DNA from: Octopus sinensis
Taxonomy: Eukaryota
NCBI RefSeq assembly: GCF_006345805.1
Contig: NW_021832683.1
Coordinates: 1 to 45,674, forward strand
Direction: 5' to 3'
Length of the DNA: 45,674 bases
The position numbers and the translations under genes are program-made. This document shows, in pieces, positions 1 to 11,149 of the stretch. The notes under the pieces are model-generated. The model worked only from the letters and a program-made list of their open reading frames with translations. It ran no database searches and had not been told where the DNA came from. Every line of letters begins with the position of its first letter. Position 1 is the first letter of the stretch.

Positions 1-105
1 CCCTCAGTAAGGCATGTGTAAAATCTGAACGAAATTGGTTGTTGGAGTTCTTCATGTATATGTATGTATGTATGTGTATATCTAATATATGTATGTATAA
101 TGTCA

Positions 106-350
106 TATCAATGATAATCATATATGTTTTCACCAGCAATAACATTTTTCATGAGTGACATTAAAAAATCACAAATATGAAGAAATATCAAATGGCGCAA
201 AAATTACAGGCCATATGCCTAGAGTAGAATACGATATATATGACGACATATTAGCAGCGGCCATTTCATATTCTTCATTTTGTGATATTTTTAATGTCAC
301 TCATGAAAAAATGTTATTGCTGGTGAAAACATATATGATTATCATTGATA
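106..350. repeat. Fold-back inverted repeat (~90 bp arms, ~63 bp spacer)
   Basis: 106-196 (tatcaatgataatcatatatgttttcaccagc...aaatggc) is the near-exact reverse complement of 260-350; microsatellites on both sides. Confidence 0.9.
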
Positions 351-437
351 GAATTATACATACATATATATATATATATATACATACATATACATGAAGA
401 AAGAGAGAGAATAGAGAGAGAAAGAGAGTGAGAGAGA

Positions 438-472
<35 letters not shown>

Positions 473-539
473 TATATATATATATATAATATATATACAT
501 AATTTATATACATAGATACATAATATATAATATATATAT

Positions 540-1062
540 AGATAGAATTGTGATATCTATCGCTCATTTTGTGTATATAATATCATGTATCTTTCATATG
601 ATACGTATCAGTAAATGAAAAATCTTCGGCGCTACTCGAGACACGTGTGATTCGAACTAGAAACTTTCACAGAGTGATAGAATCCGGAGGTGAACACTAA
701 TCTATTTATAATTGATATCTATTTTGGATATATTTGGGGTACTTAAGTCTGCTCGGGACTTAGTGCTTGCTTCTTCCATGGGTATGAGTAAGTATTTCAT
801 TTATATCTCGCGTATTTGCCGCTGAAGAGGGGAAAATTTCTTGTGAATTAACCCCGAAATTGGACCAATACGGTAATAACGAATTTTTTAGAGATTTCTA
901 TCGGTTTGTTTCGACAATTTTTTGTTTTGGCGTATCTGGCATTAGAATTTTTCTTCTGCCCTTATCTTGTAAATTATGTATAAATTTTACCTTTAAAGGC
1001 ATTTTTTGATATGCTGGCCATTGATCAATTTTTGTTCCCGAAAAATTTTTTTATCCTATATC

Positions 1063-1066
<4 letters not shown>
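540..1066 (+). mobile_element. Hammerhead-bearing non-coding element (Penelope pLTR / retrozyme-like), family H1
   Basis: Unique ~525 bp segment between (AT)n tracts containing an intact hammerhead at 816-876. Confidence 0.6.
816..876 (+). ncRNA. Type I hammerhead ribozyme motif
   Basis: Stem I ttgccg/cggtaa, CTGAAGA 822-828, stem II gggg/cccc, GAAA 856-859, helix III attgg-a-ccaat, cleavage triplet ATA 868-870. Confidence 0.85.
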
Positions 1067-1096
<30 letters not shown>

Positions 1097-1104
1097 ATAT
1101 ATAC

Positions 1105-1143
<39 letters not shown>

Positions 1144-1189
1144 GTATGTATATATGTATTCGCATTGGCCACGCTGACGGTTAAGATAG

Positions 1190-1290
1190 CGAGGGTTCCA
1201 GTTGATCTGATCAACGGAACAAACTGGTCGTGAAATTAACGTGCTGTTGAACACGCCAAAAACATGCATACGCTCAACGTAATTCCCGAG
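1190..1290 (+). mobile_element. Short SINE-like repeat fragment
   Basis: gttccagttgatctgatcaacggaac...gtgaaattaacgtg resembles a common cephalopod SINE segment (recalled, not searched). Confidence 0.4.
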
Positions 1291-1304
1291 TAGATAGATA
1301 AATG

Positions 1305-1352
<48 letters not shown>

Positions 1353-1514
1353 TATAGATAGATAGATAGATACATAAATAGATAGATAGAACATCGATAC
1401 TACATACATACATACATACATACATACATACATACAACATACATACTATATAATACATACATACAATATTATATATATATATATATTATATATATATATT
1501 ATATATATAATATA

Positions 1515-1960
1515 TATAATTAGGGTTCAGCAAAGATTTGCTTTACCACATACCGAAGTTTAGAAATAGCAGCCAAAAACCTTAGCTATTTCTTCTACTT
1601 TAAAAAGGGACTCCAGAAAAACCAAAATACTTGAAACAATCCACGCAGACAGAAGAAAAATAAGAAAATCAGTCTATATCTGGTCACCCATGATTTTCGT
1701 TATTTTTCCTCTCTGCCTGCGTGGATTGTTTTCAAGTATTTTGGTTTTTCTGGGTGTCCCTTTAAAGTAGAAGAAATAGCTAAGGTTTTTTTGGCTGCTA
1801 TTTCTAAAACTTCGGTATGTAGTAAAGCAAATCTTTGCTGAACCCTAATTATAAAGTATTACTTAAGTTTACCGTGACATGGTCCTTTTTCAGGCCGAAT
1901 TTACTTGGTGAAATTACTGATTACTGCTAAATAATTAATTTTACCCTTTGTTATATGTTA
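1515..1960 (+). mobile_element. Fold-back copy of hammerhead family H4 (ribozyme absent)
   Basis: Arms 1515-1671 and 1691-1853 are reverse complements; 1691-1960 is homologous to 19983-20260 and 20583-20860. Confidence 0.8.
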
Positions 1961-2094
1961 TTATATATATATATATAGATCTATATATATATATATATAT
2001 ATTATAAAAATATAATACATACATACATACATACATACATACATAATACACCCTATATATTATATATATATATATATATATTATATATATTATG

Positions 2095-2415
2095 CAGGGT
2101 GCATAAGATATTTTAAGACATTTGTGTTTAAAAAAAGAAACAGATATATAATAACAGATAATAACTTTAATAAAAAAATGCTATAAGGATAAAAATAAAC
2201 CTTCTTTCTCTAATGTTATTCAATAAAGTCACCTACAGCTTCAACAACTGCTTCTATATGAGATTTAAATCATCTACATGCTCAAATCAAATGGTCCTGG
2301 TTTATTTTGTACATTACTCTGACTATGGCAGCTTTCAAAGAATCTTTGGTGTTATGGACGTGTTCATTGACCTCTCTCTCAACAACGCTGCGCATGTTAT
2401 AGTCCAATGGATTAT
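2095..2415 (-). mobile_element. Tc1/mariner-superfamily transposase C-terminal remnant with terminal repeat
   Basis: Minus strand reads NPLDYNMRSVVEREVNEHVHNTKDSLKAAIVRVM...HLI*ACR*FKSHIEAVVEAVGDFIE*; end cagggtg at 2095. Confidence 0.75.
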
Positions 2416-2429
2416 GAGTGTGTGTAAGT

Positions 2430-2626
2430 GTTGGTGTTTGTCTCACAACCACCGGTGTCGATGTGTTTACGTCCCTGTAACTTAGACATTCGGCAAAGGA
2501 TATCGATGGAATAAGTACCATTCCTTACAAAACCATCTTAGGTACTGGGATCGGTTTGTTCAGTTAAAACCCTTCAAGGTGATGCCCCAGCATGAAGGCA
2601 GTCCAATGACTGAGGCAAGTAAAAGA
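2430..2626 (+). mobile_element. SINE 3' half (octopus CORE-type composite family)
   Basis: Diverged match to 10810-11005. Confidence 0.7.
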
Positions 2627-2637
2627 TATGTCTATAT

Positions 2638-2709
2638 GATCCTGTGGCGCAACGTTCGAGCGTCTGACTCATGATCAGAAGGCTACGTGTTCGAATCACG
2701 TCGTCGTCA
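2638..2709 (+). pseudogene. tRNA-Trp-derived pseudogene with anticodon CAT
   Basis: 72 nt, colinear with eukaryotic tRNA-Trp; anticodon arm tctga-ctCATga-tcaga and T arm acgtg-ttcgaat-cacgt are perfect; acceptor and D stems are mismatched. Confidence 0.75.
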
Positions 2710-2724
2710 TTAAAGTTTCCTATA

Positions 2725-2863
2725 GGCACAGGAGTGACTGAGTGGTAAGAAGCTTGCTTCCCAACCACAAGATTCCGGGTTTAGTGCCACTGCATGGCAC
2801 CATGGGCAAGAGTCTTCTACTATAGCCTCGTGCTGGATTTGATAGACGAAAATATTGTGTGTG

Positions 2864-2919
<56 letters not shown>

Positions 2920-3172
2920 TGTGTTTGTGTGTGCGTGTGTATGTATGTATGTATGCATGTATGTATGTATTCGTTATTTGTGTCTGTGCTTGTCCCACCA
3001 TCGGTTGACAACCGATGTTGATGTGTTTTAACATGGCGGTTCGGCAAAAAGATACCGACAGTATAAGTACTAGGCTTAGAAACAATAAGTCTTGGGCACG
3101 ATTTATTCGATTAAGGGTGGTGCTCCAGCATGGCCGCAGTCAAATGACTGAAACAAGTAAAAGAGTAAAAGA
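2725..3172 (+). mobile_element. tRNA-derived SINE (CORE-type, internal microsatellite)
   Basis: Head gagtgactgagtggtaagaagc...gggcaagagtcttctactatagcc; tail gaaacaagtaaaagagtaaaaga; homologous to 10591-11005. Confidence 0.85.
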
Positions 3173-3733
3173 GGGAGAGTAAAGAGTATAAGCGTCCTAC
3201 TAGAGATTCTACCCGTATATGCGTGTGCGAACGCGTACGCACATACGGAAGGTAAGAGATTAAACACACACACACACACAATAAACGCATGCGCACACGA
3301 ACACGAACACGCACAAGCACAGACACACAGAGAAGGAGAGAAAAAACTGACAGACAGACAGACAGAGGAAAGTGGAGTGAGAGAGAGAAGCAGAGATAGT
3401 GTTACAAATTGTTTATTATCTGATGATAGGGAAATAATTCATCAATTATAGACAGAATGAGGGCTTGGAATGTTCAGTTCAGTTCGTGCCTGCATGTCTG
3501 GGTGTCTGCCTGTCTTTCTCAACGTCTGCTGCCTGTGTAGTATTCCGCTGTGTGTCTCCTTTTTTCTTTCTTTATTTGTTTTTGTCTTTTTATCTGTCTC
3601 AACCGTTTAAACTGCTTATCTCTGTTTTTGTTTTCCTTTGGAATGCCATAAGTTATGTCGAAAACAAAAGTAAAGCGTGTATGTGTGTGTATGTGTTTAT
3701 ACATACATACATACACACATACGTATATATATA

Positions 3734-4252
3734 CTAGCAGTATCGCCCGGCGTTGCTCGGTTTTGTAAGGGAAATAACTATATAAGCATTTTTAGAGAGT
3801 TACTTCCTTTATAGATGCCAATTCGGGCTTTCTTAGCCATTTCTGTTTTGGTGTCTTCAAGCCATGAAGTCGTTGTTCTAAAAGAACGCTGGTCTCCTTG
3901 ACAACGCATTACGACGTTGATTTCCTTACACTGCCTTCCCCACAGCTTCACGAGGGAGGGAAGAAGGGGAGAAGCAAACACAGGTGCAGGTGTTTGAGCG
4001 TGGACGCCAACTCCGCCGCCATCGACACACGAAAAATCATGTATTAAAATTAATAAAAAAAATAATGTTAAATTATTTTTAAATCGTATAGACTCATCGT
4101 TGGCGCGCGCTAATAGCCAGACAGGCTCGATATTAATCACGACTATAAGATACCCGAATTTGGTTTAAACTGCACCGCAAAAGTGGGAGGAGTTAGGAAA
4201 TCTTAATCGTAGGAGACAGACACTCACACAACTACAGTTTTATATATATAGA
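3734..4252 (-). mobile_element. Non-autonomous Helitron
   Basis: Minus strand starts TC (4252-4251), ends CTAG (3737-3734), has GC hairpin ccgagcaacgccggg ~10 nt before the end, sits between A and T, no TSD. Confidence 0.8.
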
Positions 4253-4310
4253 TATATATATATACATATGTGTGTGTGTGTATACACACACACACACACA
4301 TATATATATA

Positions 4311-4843
4311 TCGGGCTTCTTTCAGTTTCCATCTACAAAATCTGCTCAGAAGACTTTGCTTGGTTTGGGTCTAATAGTAGAAAACAACTTGCCCAAATGT
4401 CACGCAGTGGGACTGAACACGAAATTTTGTGGTTGGGAAGCAAACTTCTTAGCACACAGCCTATACTCTTTTTACTCTTTTATTTGTCTCAGTCATTTGA
4501 CTGCGGCCATGCTGGAGCACCGCCTTTAAGCGAGCAACACGACCCCGGGACTTATTCTTTTGTAAGCCCAGTACTTATTATATCGGTCTCTTTTGCCGAA
4601 CCGCTAAGTAATGGGGACATAAACACACCAGCATCTGTTGTCAAACACACACACGCATATATATATATATACATATATACGACGGGCTTCTTTCAGTTTC
4701 CGTCTACCAAATACACTCACAAGGCTTTGGTTGGCCCGAGGCTATAGTAGATGACACTTGCCCAAGATGCCACACAGTGGGACTGAACCCGGAACCATGT
4801 GGCTGGTAAACAAGCTACTTACCACACAGCCACTCCTGCGCCT
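4311..4843 (-). mobile_element. CORE-type SINE plus an extra 5' half in tandem
   Basis: 4470-4843 full copy and 4311-4460 second head, both reverse-complement matches to 10591-11005. Confidence 0.85.
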
Positions 4844-5056
4844 ATGTCTATATATATATATAATATAATATATGATATATACAGATATTATTTTCTGTGA
4901 GAACAATTTTTCTCAGTGGTCGACCATACGGGATCTACATTTAGCGAGCAAGACAAATGAAAAGATACAAAATAAAGTGACATGTATGTTTGTATGTATG
5001 TATGTATGTATGTATGTATGTATGTATGTATGTATGTATGTATGTATATATGTATG

Positions 5057-5095
<39 letters not shown>

Positions 5096-5189
5096 ATGTA
5101 TGTATGTATGTATGTATATATATATATGTGTGTGTGTGTGTGTATGTATGCATCTATATATATGTGTGTGTGTGTGACCGCGTGTGTAT

Positions 5190-5370
5190 CGTTGGCGATT
5201 TTTTTCTTCCGTCTTCCCTTCCTTGGATCTTTCCTTATTCTATGTTTCTGACGAAGAGCTCCGCTCGAAACGACGTTGAATCCTCCTTTCTTTCCTTTCC
5301 TGAGCGTCCAATAACACTATACTTGTTCCGCGTTGTTGTATTTTCACTTTGTGTTTTCATGTTTGGATTA
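5190..5370 (+). mobile_element. Minimal-hammerhead repeat family H6 (damaged helix III)
   Basis: gttt CTGACGA agagctccgctc GAAA cgacgttg at 5244-5278; reverse-complement homolog at 30690-30850. Confidence 0.7.
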
Positions 5371-5384
5371 ACTAACTATATATA

Positions 5385-5420
<36 letters not shown>

Positions 5421-5449
5421 TATGGATCCGATATACTACACTTTCTTTG

Positions 5450-5680
5450 TCAATCATAGTGGTTATGACGAATGTGACATTTGAGTCCCAGCAATGATTT
5501 GCAAAGAAGCCTGCAGCTGTTGCGAGTATGAGTATTACGAATCAGTACAGGCAGCATATTTGTAGCTGTTTTCTCCTTTGCCTTGCACCCTTAAGCCTGT
5601 TAATGCTGGTTGACACAAAGTGACTTACGCAATTTTGACATGACGATCTCCATTTTGTTCGTTCCAAGGGAGCTTGCTCA
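5450..5680 (-). mobile_element. RTE-clade LINE 3' fragment
   Basis: Minus strand LERTKWRSSCQNCVSHFVSTSINRLKGARQRRKQ then, after a frameshift, SCRLLCKSLLGLKCHIRHNHYD*; resembles the RTE/BovB ORF C-terminus with its terminal zinc-finger-like motif. Confidence 0.65.
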
Positions 5681-5745
5681 ATGCATACATACATACTTAC
5701 ATACATACAACATACATACATACATACATACATTACGTGTGGGTG

Positions 5746-5817
<72 letters not shown>

Positions 5818-5891
5818 TAGATAGATAGAGATAGATAGATTGATAGATAGTAAGATACATACATACATACATACATATAAGAGAGATTAAT

Positions 5892-6105
5892 ACTAAGTGG
5901 ACATCCATTATGCTACAACATTCCTTTCTTAGAGGTATGACCATAGGGGTCGACTTCTAGCATGATGGATGTCCACCTAGTGGTCATCCCCTTATATGTA
6001 TGTAATATAATTTTTCTGAATCTTCAGATTTTTCTATATTCTAGACCACTGGTTTTAAACTGATATTAATCAAATTAATATTCAACTTTTCACCCTTATT
6101 ATTAT
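5892..6105 (+). mobile_element. 3' fragment related to hammerhead family H5 with small 5' fold-back
   Basis: 5892-5915 versus 5958-5981 inverted (22/24); 5975-6080 resembles the reverse complement of 21570-21685. Confidence 0.6.
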
Positions 6106-6128
6106 AAATTTAGACAGACAGACAGACA

Positions 6129-6165
<37 letters not shown>

Positions 6166-6191
6166 ATAGATAGATAGATAGACAGATAGAC

Positions 6192-6309
<118 letters not shown>

Positions 6310-7024
6310 TACAAAATCTATATAAAATAGTGTACATTTAAACACAAGAGAAAACTGCCTTCAACAAAGTAAAAGTTTCTATTTTTCATTCCTTTTGAAG
6401 ATTGATATTAAGTGCGGTTTTGGTCGTTTTGACTACTTCTTCTAGCGTGCACAAAAACTGCCTGTTGTGCTTAAATGTACACTATTTTATATTGAGAATA
6501 TGTTGTCTGTTGACTCTTTATACATGCTAGGCCACTGGTAGTGAAATTTCTTTAAAAAAAACACTCACTACCCTATATTTTACGTACAAAATGTACAGAT
6601 AGATAATGAGTAAAGTACCGGCACAGTTTAGGTTACCTATTGTCTTCCGTAGATTTACTCCAGGAACTTCGCAATGGTACTTGGGGTAATAATATTGATA
6701 CTATATATCTATCTATCTATATATAAATATATATATATATGCCGTAACAATTATATCCTTTTTTGTTGTGTGCGGGTGCCAATACTTTCTATTTGTTTAC
6801 TATTTCACATAGACATAAAATCATAGCACCGACTCCCTTCTGCTCGTGGAGTTGTTTACACTCTCGATGATAAATATCTCGTTTGGATGACCTAAATCTC
6901 TTCTGCTTTAGATTCATATGCGTTTATCATCTCATATGGTGTGTATGTGCGCGATTGTGTCTGAATGTGTGTATGTATGTATGCATATACATAACATATA
7001 TACATATATAAGAATGTATGTATG

Positions 7025-7088
<64 letters not shown>

Positions 7089-7217
7089 CAACATCACAAT
7101 CAAGGAACGGCCATAATAGGCCATTCACCCACTAGAAATAACAGCCAAAGCTTCAACCGCAAAATAACATCAATTCCGCAAACCAGGAGAAAATTAAAAA
7201 AACATTTACCCTGTAAT

Positions 7218-7320
7218 TTCTTATACGATGCACCGTTTCATCTATTGTTTAATGGTAAACTAACCTGATTAAATTAAATCAAGCCAATCTTCCATAGGCC
7301 GATAGATTCGTCAGTAAGAA
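7218..7320 (-). ncRNA. Type I hammerhead ribozyme motif (H2, minus copy)
   Basis: Minus strand ttctta CTGACGA atctat...atagat GAAA cggtgcatc GTA taagaa; all three stems pair. Confidence 0.85.
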
Positions 7321-7760
7321 CAGCCAGATCGGAACAGATATTTTCACGAGGCACTTCTATCCCTGCCTCGGCAATATCTGACCTAAAATTTTCAAATCAT
7401 CGCACTCGCGCCAAATTTATCGGCAGCAAATATAAGCCGCCGATTCCATTACGGAATTAACCATAAAATTCATAATTAATCAATATAGGGTGGCAAAAAA
7501 TTTTGTAGAATTTTTTTGCCACCAGCGGCCTAGTGGGAAAAAATTAAATAGTCATAGACCATTTATAAGTTCAACATCACAATCAAGGAACGGCCATATT
7601 GATTAATTATGAATTTTCTGGTTAATTCCGTAATGGAATCGGCGGCTTATATTTGCTGCCGATAAATTTGGCGCGAGTGCGATGATTTGAAAATTTTAGG
7701 TCAGATATTGCCGAGGCAGGATAGAAGTGCCTCGTGAGAATATCTGTTCCGATCTGGCTG

Positions 7761-7861
7761 TTCTTACTGACGAATCTATCGGCCTATGGAAGATTGGCTT
7801 GATTAATTAATCAGGTTGTTTACCATTAAACAATAGATGAAACGGTGCATCGTATAAAGAA
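7761..7861 (+). ncRNA. Type I hammerhead ribozyme motif (H2, plus copy)
   Basis: CTGACGA 7767-7773, stem II atctat/atagat, GAAA 7839-7842, GTA 7852-7854; one extra A in the stem I 3' strand. Confidence 0.8.
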
Positions 7862-8125
7862 TTACAGGGTAAATGTTTTTTAATTTTCTCCTGGTTTGCG
7901 GAATTGATGTTATTTGCGGTTGAAGCTTAGGCTGTTATTTCTAGTGGGTGAATGGCCTATTATGGCCGTTCCTTCTAGTGGGTGAATGGCCTATTATGGC
8001 CGTTCCTTGATTGTGATGTTGAACTTATAAATGGTCTATGACTATTTAATTTTTTCCCACTAGGCCGCTGGTGGCAAAAAAAATTCTACAAAATTTTTTG
8101 CCACCCTATATTGATAATTATATTA

Positions 8126-8177
<52 letters not shown>

Positions 8178-8485
8178 TAAATGGAGCTAAGAAGTGGAAC
8201 GAACCGACGAATCGAAACGAACCCGACGCGAGGCGCGGTCAGACAATAATATATAAATAAAAATATATGCATACATACAAACATATATGTACGTACCTAC
8301 ATCTACATGTATATATACATGCATATATAAGTAAATATACGTGAGTACAGGACACCACAACAAGACCTAGAAACGGGAAAAACAAAAATTTACAACAAGA
8401 AAACAAGTACAGGACAAGCTACCTAAGGAAAAATCCACCGTCTTCAGCTGTCGCTAGTTAGACTCAAGCGTGTTAGATATATATA

Positions 8486-8529
<44 letters not shown>

Positions 8530-8585
8530 ATAATCCTTAAAATCCTTAAAATCCTTATATAAATATTATATATATATATATATAG

Positions 8586-8672
<87 letters not shown>

Positions 8673-8726
8673 TATACATATATATATATATATTTATACA
8701 TATGTATATATATATATATCTTTCTC

Positions 8727-8962
8727 TCTTTTTTCTCTTTTTACTTGTTTCAGTCATTTGACTGCGGCCATGCTGGAGCACCGCCTGTAGTCGAGCAAAT
8801 CGACCCCGGGACATATTCTTTGTAAGCCCAGTACTTATTCTGTCGGTCTCTTTTGCCGAACCGCTAAGTGACAGGGACATAGACACACCAGCATCGGTTG
8901 TCAAGCAATGCTAGGGGGGACAAACAAGACACACAAACATACATACACATACATATATATAT

Positions 8963-9008
<46 letters not shown>

Positions 9009-9152
9009 CGAAGCTTCTTTCAGTTTCCGTCTACCAAATCCACTCACAAGGCATGGTCGGCCGGGGCTATAGCAGAAGACACTTGCCCAAGATGCCACGC
9101 TGTGGGACTGAACCGGGAACCATGTGGTTGGTAAGCAAGCTACTTACCACAC
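8727..9152 (-). mobile_element. CORE-type SINE
   Basis: Reverse complement of the 10591-11005 family with internal (AT)n. Confidence 0.85.
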
Positions 9153-9174
9153 ATATGTGTATATGTATATGTAT

Positions 9175-9375
9175 ATGTTTGTGCCTTTTTGTTCCCCCAC
9201 AATCGCTTGACAACCGATGCTGGTGTGTTTACTTTCCCGTAACTTAGCAGTTCGGCAAAAGAAAGCGATAGAACGAATACTAGGATTAAGAAGAATAAGT
9301 CCTAGGGTCGATTTGTTCGACTAAAGGCGGTGCTCCAGCATGGCCGCAGTCAATTGACTGAAACAAATAAGTGAA
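9175..9375 (+). mobile_element. SINE 3' half
   Basis: gcttgacaaccgatgctggtgtg...gactgaaacaaataag. Confidence 0.8.
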
Positions 9376-10117
9376 TAACAGAATATATATACTAAAGTGC
9401 TCAACAATCATACTTATAAGTTAGGAATTTTACGGGGCTATCTTAGCGACTCAAAACCTTGAAAGAAAACACGACATCTGAAATTCGTGCGTCACAGAGT
9501 ATAGAGCAAACGAATACCTGATATTAAGTGTACAAACGAGTAAGGATGTAAACTTTACGTACGCATATATAAGAAACCGTACGTGCATATGTACCTACGT
9601 ACGTACTACGTACATAAGCACACGTTAGTACGTTCGTTTATTCATCAATATATGCGCATGCGTGCTTGCAAAGGTAAGCATGGCGGGAAGAGACGGAGTT
9701 CCTGTCGACATGACGGAAAACTGTGCTCCAGATTTCTACGACCTGAGGCTGAAGATAGCGTTCTGATATTTAAGATGATGTTCCGATAGCAGACACCTGT
9801 TCAAATATACCCGGGTAGTTGGCGGTTGGTGGTTTTTGGTTTATATATTCTACCCGGAGATAGATAGATAGATATCTGCCTGCCGGGGTATCAGATAGAC
9901 GCTGGCGAATACTTGACATCTCTCCAACAGATATTGCACGACCTTAGGAATGTAAGATTGTGTGTGTGTATGTATGTATGTATGTATGTATGTATGTATG
10001 TATGTATGTATGTATATGTGTGTGTGTGCGTGCGTGCGTGTGTGTGTGTGTGCGTGTGCGTGTGTGTGCGTATGTGTGTGTGTATATGCAACGTATACAT
10101 ACATATAAATACAGACG

Positions 10118-10156
<39 letters not shown>

Positions 10157-10158
10157 TA

Positions 10159-10209
<51 letters not shown>

Positions 10210-10271
10210 AATTATATATATTATATATAATATATATACACGCACACATTTACATAAATACAGATTGACAA

Positions 10272-10312
<41 letters not shown>

Positions 10313-10590
10313 CAGTGCACACACACACACATACATACATTCAGGAATACCTTTATACACTCAGATCACAATAATCACTTAGCATTTTCATATATGCAAA
10401 CTCTTACATGTACCCCGCATAAATTGTCAGTTTGCAGACTAATTATTTCGTCGGCCCCAACATATTAATTTATGGATTCCAGCTCAAATCCCACCGATGT
10501 TACTTTTGTCTTAAATATATGTTCTTTTCTTTTTTTTTTGTGGAAGGGTATATAAAAGCTAGAGCACCAATTAAGTAGTAAAGTAATGAG

Positions 10591-11005
10591 AGACGCAGGA
10601 GTGGCTGTGTGGTAAGTAGCTTGCTAACCAACCACATGGTTCCGGGTTCAGTCCCACTGCGTGGCATCTTGGGCAAGTGTCTTCTGCTATAGCCCCGGGC
10701 CGACCAATGCCTTGTGAGTGGATTTGGTAGACGGAAACTGAAAGAAGCCTGTCGTATATATGTATATATATATAAGTGTGTGTGTATATGTTTGTGTGTC
10801 TGTGTTTGTTTCCCTAGCATTGCTTGACAACCGATGCTGGTGTGTTTACGTCCCCGTCACTTAGCGGTTCGGCAAAATAGACCGATAAAATAAGTACTAG
10901 GCTTACAAAGTATAAGTTCCCGGAGTCGATCTGCTCGACTAAAGGCGGTGCTCCAGCATGGCCGCAGTCAAATGACTGAAACAAGTAAAAGAGTATCTAA
11001 AAGAG
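10591..11005 (+). mobile_element. Full-length CORE-type tRNA-derived SINE
   Basis: Pol III-like head gtggctgtgtggtaag...ggttcagtccc, CORE-like cttgggcaagtgtctt, internal microsatellite, aaagagta tail. Confidence 0.9.
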
Positions 11006-11149
11006 TGAACTTAATCTCATGTATTTAACCTTAGAAAACATAAAAATAAAATTTACATAAACTCATGAAGGTTAACCATACTGGTGCAAGTCATTGAAAA
11101 ATATATACAAAACATAAAAAAATTAATTCAATGTGTTCAAACACGAAAC

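Larger units (their letters stand above)
7088..8115. mobile_element. Hammerhead family H2: 483 bp unit, partial tandem copy, then inverted copy
   Basis: 7088-7486 inverted at 7596-8022; unit start repeats at 7571; 7487-7570 inverted at 8023-8106; 34 bp tandem duplication 7939-8006. Confidence 0.9.

Noticed and set aside
7489-7534. Hairpin followed by CTAG suggesting a Helitron 3' end
   Set aside because: Lies inside the tandem unit of family H2, sequence continues in both copies, and no matching 5' TC end was found
8340-8475. CTGAAGA on the minus strand in an (AT)n-flanked segment
   Set aside because: No downstream GAAA / helix III could be assembled
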